This document shows positions 52,045 through 64,000 of a stretch of DNA of 64,000 nucleotides, piece after piece. Position 1 is the first letter of the stretch, and each line of letters opens with the position of its first letter. Under the pieces are notes generated by a model. It was not told where the DNA came from. It ran no database searches and saw only the letters and a program-made list of their open reading frames with translations. Source of the stretch: Mobula hypostoma. Taxonomy: Eukaryota. A program made the position numbers and the translations under genes. The DNA lies in contig NC_086097.1 of the NCBI RefSeq assembly GCF_963921235.1, positions 186,002,001 through 186,066,000 on the forward strand, read 5' to 3'.

Positions 52045-52330
52045 TATTTAGAGATGCAGCATGGAATAGGCCTTTCAACCTGTGCCACCAGCTACCCACC
52101 TATTTTAACCACAGCCTAATCACAGAACAATCTACAGTTACCAATTAACATGCTAACCGGTATGTCTTTGGACTGTAGGAGGAAAACAGGAGCACCCAGA
52201 AGAAATCTACGCATTTCACGAAGATGACGTACCGATAAACTCCTTACATAGGATGCTGGGATTGAATTTTAATCTCTGAAGCCCCGAGCTGTAATAGCAT
52301 CACGCTGACTGCTATGCTACTATAGCACCA
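52045..52330 (-). mobile_element. tRNA-derived SINE (V-SINE/HE1-like)
   Basis: Homologous to the 213-513 and 8195-8482 copies. Confidence 0.8.
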
Positions 52331-52339
52331 TGATTTGAT

Positions 52340-53223
52340 ACTACAGGAGTGGAACCCAGTGAGGTCTTCTGCTGCTGTAGCCCATCAACTTCAAGGTTTG
52401 ACGTGTTGTGCATTCAGAGATACTCTTCTGCACACCACTGTTGTAACACATAGCTTTTTTTTTTGTTTTTTGCACTGTTCTCCAAGGAGACCAGCAGTTT
52501 CTGAGGCAAGACAACCCTGTCTGGCACTGTTGTTGGATTCTGATGTTTTATTGCAAGCTTCTTTTCAGAGGTTAGAAAGAGGCACAAAACCTGTCACTTC
52601 GTGATTGTCTTATTAAGGATTAATAGAACAAAGAAAAGTTGAAATGGAGAGTGATAGAGGTCTGCAAGGGGAACTAGAAAAGATCTAAATGACTAAGATG
52701 ACACTGGTCTTGTAGTCAGCTCTTTTATATTTAATAGATAAGGAAAATTCCATTCAAATATGTAGATAAGAGTTAGCCAATGAGATACTCCCTATTCATA
52801 TAATGGAATACCAAGAGTAGCTTCCAGAATCATACCAATATAACCATTGGGGACACTCTGCATTTGCATATACATACTGTGACCACTAGGAGACTCATTG
52901 AATAACTGAATATACACAGTATGACCTCTAGGAGGCATGTTCAACTGTTAAATGCATATAAGAACTACTCAAAATACAAGCAGATAATTAATTGTGAAAC
53001 TGCAAAGAAAATAACTATTATGCAGTTGAATACAGTGCCAACAGTAATTCCATGGTCAGTCAATTAGATCATATTTCTTCCCCATTCTGATGTTTGGTCT
53101 GAACAACAACTGCGTCTCTCAACCATGTCTGCATGCTTTTATGTATTGATTGCTGCCACATGATCTGTTGATTAGGTATTTGCATTAATGAGCAGGTGCA
53201 CCTAATAAAGTGGCCACTGAGTG
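52340..53223. mobile_element. Tc1-like non-autonomous element end, interrupted by a probable solo LTR (52528-53034)
   Basis: The terminus caggtgcacctaataaagtggccactgagtg is typical of fish Tc1-like TIRs. The internal TG...CA block separates tctggcac from caacag; its TSD is only partial. Confidence 0.6.
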
Positions 53224-53260
53224 CATTTTGATATTGAATTGATTGCATGGAAAGTTTTAA

Positions 53261-53527
<267 letters not shown>

Positions 53528-54090
53528 ATGAAAATTGTACACATGGAACTGAAAACCTGTCAGTACTAATTTAGGTTGTTAGAGGCTAATGCCTGAGTGT
53601 TATACTTCAGTAGGTATGGCTTCACACAACTGCTTTAACAGTGAAGAAAGTAAAAGAATGGTATTGATACCTAAAATAGAAAGGTACTAATGAAAGCCAT
53701 TTGTGGTGGAGTATGGTTGTTGCTGGAAAAAAAACAAGTGAGAGATCATCTTGATAAAAAATTAACATTAGTAATAATTTGGTAACTGAACCCTGTATTC
53801 TGTTCAGCTAAGTCATTTTTTTGTGTTGTGTAAGGATACAGGATTTAACAACTGGCTTTCTCACCAGGGTGGTAAGGAAACCTGCCTCTGGTCTCTTGGA
53901 CTGTTGTTCTTGGAAATCATTTTCCAAACCAAAATTGTGCAAAGTGGTGTAGTTTTGGAGGTGCAATATTTTGCAATCTTGTACACTTGGCATTGCAGTG
54001 TATCGAGTAACATGGTCTCTCACAGATGCCTGAGTGTCAAAGAGAAAAGAATAAAAATGGTTCGTAGATCTGGAGAGTGAAATAAACTGT
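53528..54090 (+). promoter_or_regulatory. TMEM64: Proximal TMEM64 3' UTR with candidate AATAAA signals (about 54049 and 54080)
   Basis: Non-repetitive sequence after the stop codon, with two AATAAA hexamers. The true UTR end cannot be determined from DNA alone. Confidence 0.45.
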
Positions 54091-54149
54091 AAGATGATGC
54101 ATAGATTACAACAATAGAATTTAACTTCACTCCATTATCATCTTCTTAG

Positions 54150-57000
54150 GCTATCCATTTTGATTGATTCCTCTTTGGTGGGTTCTGAGGATAATGTGCA
54201 ACCTACAGAATCTGCCAGAGAGTAGGGCAAGAGGTACTAGAAGGTAAAGCACTCCTACCATTTTTCTTGGTCATCTCTGTTCCTGATGTTATTCCAAATG
54301 CTTTTTCTCCATTTTGAGTGACCATGGGCAGGGATTCCAAGAGTTGGTGAAGCTGTTACATTTTCAAATCCTTAAAACTCCTCTTCAATTTGTTTAGTTT
54401 TCTTTTGATATGCAGAGCTCATAGGTCTCTGTTTTGGAATCTGGTGTTGGATCATGCGAACAATATGGCCTGTTCATTAAAGCAACACAAATGTAAGCAG
54501 ACCCTCAATGCTGGTGTTGTTGACTGGGAGAGGACTGTGACATTGGTTTGCTTATTCTGCCAATATATTTGATGAATTTTAAGAAGGCAGTGTTGGACGC
54601 TGCCTCTTCAAGCTGCGGCTCAGAAGGATGTAAGAAGGCAGGGATCACTGCCACATTTGAGATCTTGATCTTCCTCAGATGGCCAAAAGCTGTGCTCATG
54701 TACTAAAGGCCAAGATGTATTATGTCATTCATGTCTACCTTTGCTGATAGCTGACTTTCTGATGAATAATCCATTTTTTTTCCAGCATAGCGAAACTTTA
54801 TTGTCAGAGAGCACAATAGTGCAGGAAGGATAGGTTGATAGAGGACTTTTGCTTTATAGATGAATGAATCAAGTTATCATTCTTTGCAACTCGTGCATTA
54901 TATCTTGAAATGATAATTGTTGCCTGTCCACAATCATGCATTTCAGTATATTCTCTCAATCAATCAATCAGAACCAACTCTCCTCATGCCTTGATTGGTG
55001 CCTTAGCTCAGGTTTAATCCCTAGTTTTGTATTGAAATAGATTATTTTAAAAATTACTGACAACCCTTCATATCATCATCACTATTTTCCAAGACCCCTT
55101 ATAGTACAAAGTTTTATCAATTAATGTTTTTCATTCCGCAAGGCAAGATCTAAGATGAACTTTTCCTGATTAGTTTGTCAACATGCTGATTTAGAAAAGT
55201 ATCTCTTACAAATTCCATGAATTTGTCTTCCACCTTATTACAGCAAATCTGATTTGCTGTGTTTGTGTTTTAGTTATAAAATCTCCCACGCTCATTGCAT
55301 TACCTGTCACATGCAGCTCTAATTTCCTGATTTATGACATGCGCAATATTACAGCTACTATTTCATCATTACAGCTACATTTTGCTATTTCTTAACTTGA
55401 CCCAAATTGATTTCAGTTTGCATCATGATCTGTCAGCCAAGATCTTTTCTCACCACTGAGATGATCTTCTCCATTTTTAATTGTATCACGTTTACCTTTT
55501 AGCCTTGTCACTTCTATATGACAGACATGTTGAGTATGTAATTTCTAATTTTGGTCACTCTGCAGCCAAGCTTCCATTGATGCAAAATGATCATATATGC
55601 ATGTTTATTTCTATTTAAGCCATTAATTCATTTATATAGTTGCAACAGCTCCAAGTGTTCAGATATTGTATCTTTAATTTTATTACTTTTATAGCTTCCC
55701 CTGCTGCTCAAATTTGTTTTTGCTGCATAATTTGCTTACGATTCTAAAGTTTCCTTCCAGCTTTATTTCTCTCCTTTTGACCTTCCTATCTCCCTGCCAA
55801 GCAAACACTCCAAGTAATTGGGAAAACTAACAAATTTATCACCTTTGGCTGGGAGAATTGAAAGCAAAAGTATGCTTTAGTTATGTAGAGCTTGGTGAGA
55901 ACACAATTGGAATGCTGTATTTTTAATAGTTTCCTCATTTAAGGATGTTAACGTGTTAGAAGTTTAGAGAAAGTTTTCTACACTCGTCTCTGGAATGGAT
56001 GGGTTGTTTTGTGAGGAATAGCAACACAGAGCATGTTTGCATTTGCTGGAATTTAGACGATTGAGAGGAACCTTGATAGAATATGTAGATGTAAGCAGAT
56101 GTTTCACTTAGTGAGTGAATATAGATCTGTTTAAAATAAGAAGTTACCCATTTAATGTTGGGTAGATGAAATATTTTCTGAGGATCATGTGTTTGGAACT
56201 CTTCCCAAAGGGCAGTGGAATCTGTGCCTTTAAATATTTTTTTAAGGTAGAAGTAGATTTACTAAGCAACAAAAATGGAAGGGTTGAAAGGAATGCATAG
56301 TTCAAATTGCATCAGATTAGCCATGATCTTTTTAAATTATGCAGCACATTTAATGATGTCATCTGATGACTCCTGTTGCTAATTCATGATTTTTGTTATA
56401 GATTTATCTTTATGGTTTCTCAGTCAGGCCGTGAAATAATTTATCAAATACCACTCTCTGGATCAGGAGTATTGCTATAAGGTCTTGTGCTTATCTTTCT
56501 TGGAAAATTCTGATTATAACAAAATAATGCTTCAAGATTTTTAGGATGAGGATTCCTCTGGAATTAATATTCTCTGCTATTGTTTTGCATCTCGGAGCAT
56601 GAAGTTACTTAGAAGCAGAAACTTGTGTTTCTTTCAGGGTCGTACTTGGCCTTATCTGTTGTTTTTAGGTTTGGACCATATGCACTGATGACCATAGCAT
56701 GTTGGTTTTGTGCTGGGGCCAGAAGCAACTGTCACTTTTCCTATGGGGGAAGTCACTGAGACTAGATTGTTCTTGACAGCAAAAACTATTCCGTTGAAGA
56801 TAGTACTCCCTTTTCCATTTGCCCATAAGCTGTGCTTTGAGCTGGTTATTTCCTGCCCATTATGTTTCACCTCAAGTTGGTGACATTATTGTAAAGCATG
56901 AAATATCTTTGGTCATGGAAAAAGGAGGAACATTTGGATTATCACTGGTAATGTTGTCCATAATGCTCAGAATTTTTTGAGAGTGAAGGTTACCTGACTA
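54150..57000 (-). mobile_element. Very old RTE-like LINE, with a decayed + strand CR1 3' piece at about 55810-56390
   Basis: Minus-strand STAFGHLRK...AVIPAFLHPSE (RTE C-terminal) and GIVFAVKNNL (endonuclease-like). Confidence 0.55.
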
Positions 57001-60000
57001 TGATATTTTAGTGTGGGATGGTCACTGCATACCAACAGACTGGAGATCTTGATCTAGGGTTACAAGCTCCAAAATCTTAGACTGGGCTCTTTTGCAAGAA
57101 TGATAAGCACTACTATTAGGTGAAAGTGTATACAAGTGCCTGTCAGTGTATGTTCAAAGTCTCGCACAAGGATGACCTTGCCCATTGCCAACTCCTCACT
57201 TGCTTTTGTACCTGTCCCCTGAGCCCTTTGTCTCTGAATTTCCTTCCATTCTGTGTCCACAGCTCTCTAATCTTCTCCCTCTTAATCCTTCCTCCCTTTC
57301 ATCTAGCTACTTGGGTCCCTACATTTCTTGAACTTGCTGCCCTTCTACCACTTTCTTGTAGCCCACTACTCTAACTATTCCCTGCGTATCTTCCCTTCTC
57401 CCATCTCTCAATAATTCCCCCCCCCCCATCACTCTTCAGCCCTATCAAGCAATCAAAGTATCTTTCTTGAGACTGGTTAAACTTTGCACATTGTTTTGCT
57501 GACCAAGTAAGCTCCATCTTTAAATTTATTTCTATATTGAATTGCAGCTTTCTAAATGAGGAGTAGCCCAAATGACCATGGTACATAGAACATGCACTTT
57601 AGTATCATATTAAAATACTGTATATATAACTATAGATTTCTAAAGGATGGCAACAGCAATGATCTCCAAATACAAGTTCACATTGTTATTCAACTGTTGA
57701 AGCAGTTATTACTGAATTAGGTTAATATACTATTTTCTAAATAAATTATTCTGCACAATGTAGTTAACATATTAGTCTAAAGATATTTATCTGTTAATGG
57801 CTATCCATTTGAACCAGATAGGAGTGGGAACATGATGCACGTGATCATGCTCCTGTTCATCGAAGCATAAAAATAAAAATGCAATCACAAGGTAATGTAT
57901 TTTTTTTTACTTGTGCCAGTTTGCATGGGTTCAAGCTGTACCAGGCATTTTCAAAAGTGTGTGTTTGTGAGCAGGCGAATGCTTTTGAAGCTTGCCTAAA
58001 ACTAATGAATTGTATATGTTAATTTCCTAAAGCTTTTTGTTACTGTACTATGTGAATACTTTAGTAGTAAGGGGTTAATTTTGATGTATTAATCGCCATA
58101 TCTTGTAAGTATAATCCCTTCGTTATGAAAGAGGTCTCCCAATTCTCAGTGGTATGCCCACTTCCGCAAGGTTGCTTGTACCCAGAATTTGAAATTAGAT
58201 GTTGAAATAATAATACATCAAAACTAGATTCTTGTTGACAAAAGAAATCTTCACACCAGTAGACAGTGAAATAAAAAAACAATTCCTGTCTATAAGGAGC
58301 TAATTATTTGACTGGCCAATGATTTTCCTGAAATGGATTTTCAGATATCGTGTGACATCTGAAGTTTTGTTTATTGACAGGACGGGAAATATTTCATGTT
58401 AATTTTGCATCCCATATGAGACAAAATACAAGTAATGGTTCATTTTATTTTCAGAACCATTACTTTAAACAGCAAATTTAATACCAGATGTGTTAATGAA
58501 TGCTATATTAAATATCAGATGCTACAAGTTTTCTGAACAAATACTTCAAATAAAGGTTTTTTTGTTGCTCTGTGTCAGTCTGTTTCTCCTGGTGGTGATT
58601 TAATAACCACTTTATTTACAGTTCATAATGTAATGATATTTTTATGTTAAAACATATTTTCAGGTTACAACTGCCATTCGTACTTTTTATTATAACTTGG
58701 ATGCATAATGGGTATTGGAATTGATAAGCATGCTATTCTAGTTCAATTAGCTGCACATGAATTGCTTTTTATTTGACATATACATTACATTTGGCTATTG
58801 AGCCATTCAGATTTTTTTCAAAATTTACTCAGGATTGTGTGGCAAAACTAAACAGTGGTAGTGAATGCCTGAAGTAAAATGTGCCGTGTAGTTGTGAAAA
58901 TATATTTTAGAAATAATTTGAGTCCTGTTCTATTGGGCATCCTGGATTTCTGTCATTCTGATCTGAATTGTGATAAGAGAAGAGAGTAAAACATGTATGT
59001 ATTTGTTTATACTTTGTAAATTTGGGGTGCAGATGTCATCAGTTAAAAGTAAATTTGAAAACCATGTATCAAGCGTATGCTTTTCCAAAATGTTCTTAAA
59101 AATTATTTTGCCTTTGAACCAGATCACCAGTAAGTTAATCAATGAGGTATACACCCTCTCTAAAGAATGTTTAGTTGTATTAAATTTTTAAAAAGCACAC
59201 TATAAAGAAATATATTTTTACCTAGTTTCCTGTTTGCCTCTATCAGTGAACCGGGTATGGAATCAATATAGCTTAAAATTTGAAACATTGATTACATTTT
59301 TTTTATTGTAAACAAATGTAAATTATAGCTGTGACTTCTCCCAATAAACAAAGCTGAATTTATGCAAAAGGTTATCTAACTTTTGAGTGGCAATCTCACT
59401 ATGATGGACAATTTGATGTATGTAAATTGAACCACCATTTATATTTGTTGGAAAAGTATTAAGGTTTTAAAATTTGAATTCTGCTTGCTGAAACCTTCGT
59501 ATATTGGTGCAAGGCAATAATGTTTAATAGTGAAAATATAACGTATGCAGTATATAGAGTTTTCCAGTAATCAGCTGCAGACATTTGCTTGATAAATTTG
59601 CAGAAGTGTCATCATAGTTGTTTAAAGTTTTGTGTGAATAACTTGCATCAAGGTTCTGATACTCATGAACTTTACATTCATATTGCCAGTATGGAATCTC
59701 AAGAATAAAAAGCATATAGAAATTTAAATTGCATTATGTATTCTAAAAAGTGATTCCAATTCCATAATGTCTCTCAAATGGCAGTTTAAATACTCCCCTT
59801 ACTGTTGTAACTTGTTCTTTGTGCTCGATGAGCATCTCCGGATTGAAGTTCTGCTCCAGAGAGAGATACTTTAAATAAATAAATAAATCTAGGCTGGAAA
59901 ATCTAGTACTTGGAGGTGTCCTCCTTGAATAAACCAGGGTCTCAATAAACCAAAAGTGATCCTAGACAATATAAGGTGGCTGTGTTTGGGAGTTCTATGT

Positions 60001-60755
60001 AACATATTGAGTGTTTTGGTTTACTTATTACAATAGTGGACAACCTTCAAAAGGTTCTTCAATGACTAAAGAACTTCGGCGTGTGGTGAGATTCTGAAAG
60101 GTGTTGTATAAAAGCAAGTTTTTTTTCTTTCTTCCCTACCTCTTTACACCCCTCAACACAAACTGACCCCACTGTATCATTGCTCTAGGTGTCTAAAAAT
60201 TTGTGTCAAAACAATTGCATTACTATGCACTAAAATTGAAACTATTGTTTACTATGAAGTGCATTTTTTCAACTGTATTGATGTCAGAATTTTAAAATGT
60301 ACCATAGCTGTTTTAATAAATGACTTGAAAGTGAGATGCTATCGTCGTCATCTTCTGAAACAAATGCCATTGGTCATGTTATCCCTTCCAGTTTAGTAAG
60401 ACCATATAAGACATGGGAGCAGAATTGGGCCATTTGGTCTATCGAGACTGCTCCACTATTTTATCAGGCTGATTCAGTTCCATTTTTAACTGTATTTTTC
60501 TGCGCCTTTTCTATAACCTTTCACATCCTCACAAATCAACCTATCAACCTCTGCCTTAAAAGCACCCAGAGATCTGGCCTGTGGCAATGAATTCCATGGA
60601 TTCACCAACCTCTGGTTTAAAATAAATTCCTCCTCATCTCTGTTCCAAATGGACGTCCCTCTATTTTGAGGCTGTGCTCTTTGGTCCTCAGCTCCCCCAC
60701 GAAAGGAAGCACTCTCTTCATATCCACTTTATCTAGGTCTTCTAACATTTGATAG

Positions 60756-61673
60756 TGCCACGAACCCCGTGACGGGAATAAAGAATCAGCAGAGATGGAA
60801 AACACTTTGGAGTCCAGTATTTCTATAAACTAATAATATTTATTAGTAACTATGCAATACAGTAATATAAATGTAGATAAATCAAACAGGTTAGCAATGA
60901 TTATATATATATATATCAGTTAGTGTGGAAATATATGTATGAAAAGCCAAGCTTCTAGCTTCTTTAAGTCTAGGGGTAAAAAGATACAGTCTTACAATGA
61001 TGAGCAAAGTTCAGTTCATGGTATTTAGTTGAGTAGTGATGGAGAGAGGGAGAGATTTGAATCTTCAGGTGAGCTGATGCCGTTGATCTTCTCGTTGTCC
61101 TTCGAAATCCTTTAAAAGTCACCGACTGACTTTAACAAAGGGGACCGGTTTTCTGTGGTGGAGCTATCCCCCAGGCGAGTGTGGACACATGGACAACTCC
61201 CCATCAGTCAACCCTTTTTCTCTTTCCACTGCAAGAGCGACGGATCGATCCGCTTGATTGATCCTCAAAACACACTTTTCCTGCGGGCACAATGCTCATT
61301 CAGTGTCCAGAACATGTGTCTGAGGTCTATCATCTGACCTCCTATTTTATCTTCCCGTGCTGAGCATCAACTGTCATTCAAATAACTCCTCCTTCCTTTG
61401 TCTGTGTAAGAAATGCAAGCAGGCAAAAGTCCTTGAAGAAGTATTAACAACCTGCCAAAAATCATAATATCAATTGTCCATTTAATAACGCCCTCAGTCA
61501 CCACAGCAACTTACGAGCTGCTCAGTGCTATCTCCACTTCAGCAGAAATCCAACAGTTAACCAGTTCTTTCTCATTCCTTAAAGTGGCAGTCCAACAGTT
61601 AGTTAGTCAGTCTCTCTTTCTCTCTCTTTTTTCAAGAGCACAGTTAATAGAGGTAATTCAGGACCCCGTCATA
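60756..61673 (-). mobile_element. Solo LTR (about 918 bp), 4-bp TSD
   Basis: Splits the CR1 at gatag|gtttcaatg. Termini tgccacg...cgtcata; TSD atag/acag (1 mismatch). Strand inferred from a minus-strand AATAAA. Confidence 0.75.
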
Positions 61674-62639
61674 ACAGGTTTCAATGAGACTCCCCCCCCC
61701 CCCCCCATTCTTATAAATTACAGTGAGTGCTTGCCCAGTACCTTCAATCACTGCTCGTATTATAACCTTTTCGTTCCCAGGAAAATTATCATGAACTGTC
61801 TGACCCCTCTCCAATGTCAGCACAGCCTTTCTTATGTATGGGGCCCAAAATTGCTCACAAAGCTCCAAGTGAGGCCTCTCTAGTGCCTTATACACACTCA
61901 GCATTATATCCTTGCTTTTATATTCTAGTCGTCTTGAAATTAATGCTAACATTGCTTTCACCTTCCTCAGCAGATTCAAATTGCAAAACAAGATTTAGGG
62001 AATCCTGTATGAGAACTCATAAATCTCTTTTCACCTTGGCGTTTTGAATTTTCTCTGCTTAGAAAATAGTTTATGCTTTCATTCCTTCTACCAAAGTGCA
62101 TGACTATACATATCCCGACACTATTTCATCTGCCAGCTCTTTGCTATTTTGAGTCCTCCTGCAGCCTGCTTCCTCAGCATTACCTACCCTACCATACATC
62201 TTCATATTGTCCTCAAGCATAGCCTCAAAGCCATCAATTTCATTATCCAAATCGTTGATGTACAACCAAAAAGGAAGCAGACCCTGTGGAATAGCATGAG
62301 TCATCAGCAGCCAATCCATAAAGGATCCGTTTATTCCCACTCTGGCTGATTGGCAGTAGGCAATTTTCTATCCATGCTGGTCTCTTTCCTGTCATGCCTT
62401 CGTCTCTTGTTTAACGCCTTGTCAAAGGCCTTCTGAAAATCCAAGTGCACAACATCCATAATTCTCCTTTGTTTATCATGCATTGTTATTTCTTCAAGGA
62501 ATTCCAACAGATTTGCCAGCAAGATTTCCCCTTAAGGAAACCATGCTGGCTTGGGCCTATTTTTTCATGCGCCTCCAAGTACCCCCAAAATCACATCTTT
62601 AACAATTGACTGCAACATCCTCCAACCACTGATGTCAGG

Positions 62640-63439
62640 TGTTATGTACCCCGTAACCGGGTTGCCAAACCAGCAGAAATGGAACGCTTGTTGGAGTCTG
62701 TGGTTACTAGGAACTAATAAAGTTTTATTAAAGAAATAAGTAATACAGTACACTAATCGCAAGGATATAAAAGTAAGAGGTTAGCAATGATAATAAAAAC
62801 ATATACACAGAAAAAGGGTAATAGGAATCAACCAAGCTCTATTGCAGTTTAGGGGTAAAATGATCAGTCTTAAGTGAAGCAGAGTTCAGTTCAGTTTAGT
62901 GCAGTTCGAAGTAATCGCTGTTGTTGTACCATCGGGGAGAGAGAGTGAGAGATGCAGTTGGTTTTGGGCAGACATTTTGATGTCTTCTGATCCTGCTGTG
63001 GTCACCGACTGTGACCCCTCCGTTCTAGATACGATCGTTCTTCTGCGGTGAACCCGGCACGCAGGCAAGGACAGACACACACACCAGGTTCCCACTGATC
63101 GTACCTTTACACCCTGTGAGCCTCTGACCAATTTCCGTGAACTAGACCTCCAAACACTCACCAACTTGTGGGGGCACACTGCTCTTTCCAGGGTCTCGTG
63201 GTGTGTCGTGCCTTAGCAAACCTGCTCTTTTTATCCCCCTGCTGGGGTATCACCTGTCCATCAAACTTCAAACAGTTCAGGTTCAAAGCAAACGGTCTGT
63301 CAATATCTGAATTGTGTTTCCTTCTCGTTAATCTCTCCCTTCTCTCTTATTAGCATTTTGAATGTTTCTCCATTGTCTTCCGTTATCTCTCTCATTAGCA
63401 TCATCCGTCCGGTAGCTTTGCTTGGCGTCACACATAACA
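62640..63439 (-). mobile_element. Solo LTR (800 bp), 4-bp TSD
   Basis: Inverted termini TGTTATGT...ACATAACA; perfect CAGG TSD (62636-39, 63440-43). Splits the CR1 at gatgtcagg|ctaac. Confidence 0.88.
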
Positions 63440-64000
63440 CAGGCTAACTAGCCTATAACTTCCTCCTTCCTTCCTACCTTCTTGAAGAGTGGGACAGCAA
63501 TTTTCCAGTCCTACGGAATCATGCCAGACTCTATTGACCCCTGAAAGATCATTACTAATGTCTCCACAATCTCTTTAGCTACCTCTTCTAGAACCTTGCG
63601 GTGTAGTCCATCAGGGCCAGGTACCTTCTGACCTTCCAGTTCCTCAAGCACCATCTCCCTAGTAATAGCAGCTGTACTCACTTCTTCCCCTTGACACTCA
63701 AACTTCTAGCATAATCCCAGTGTCTTCCACAGTGAAGACTGATGCAAAATGCTTATTCAGTTTATTCACCATTTCCTTGTCCCCATTACTATCTCTCCAG
63801 CATCATTATCCAGTCGTCCAATATCTACGCTTGCTTCTTTTTAATTCTTTATATATCTGAAAAAAAAACTTCGGTTTCACTTTTGCACCCCCGCCCCACA
63901 TGGTTTTTTTAGTTCCCTTCTATTGGTTTGTAAAAATGTCCCAATTCTCTAGCTTCACACTAACATTTGCTCTAATATATGCCTTATCATTTGCTTTTAT

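Larger units (their letters stand above)
60398..64000 (-). mobile_element. CR1 LINE (RT and 3' UTR), runs off the window end, interrupted by two solo LTRs
   Basis: 3' tail agaccatataagacatgggagcagaa; DVVHLDFQKAFDK; YKALERPHLE. Confidence 0.9.

Noticed and set aside
60756..63439. Single provirus bounded by two LTRs
   Set aside because: Each LTR has its own TSD, the two are diverged, and the intervening DNA is CR1 RT rather than gag/pol.

Overview
This is vertebrate genomic DNA, most likely from a cartilaginous fish such as a ray or skate (inferred from the repeat content). The only host gene I can support is TMEM64 on the + strand: internal coding exon 43019-43174 and last coding exon 53336-53527. 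The first coding exon lies upstream of the window, so 1-43018 is most likely one very long intron. Most of the rest is transposable-element sequence: CR1 LINEs (one near full length), Rex1/Babar and RTE LINE fragments, tRNA-derived SINEs, Penelope-like elements (PLEs) with a GIY-YIG endonuclease and minimal type-I hammerhead ribozymes, Tigger/pogo, Harbinger, Tc1 and hAT DNA transposons, a decayed Helitron PIF1 helicase, a CsRN1-like Gypsy element and several solo LTRs. The most notable observations are: (i) very short hammerhead-containing PLE-derived insertions, two with target-site duplications (TSDs), that stop at the ribozyme edge and sometimes fold back as inverted repeats; (ii) sense-strand ribozyme copies that are mutated while antisense ones keep the core intact; (iii) a 50-bp copy of the TMEM64 splice acceptor that has lost its AG; (iv) a four-level nested TE stack. 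All family assignments were made by eye from motifs, not by database search. Boundaries of old repeats are approximate.
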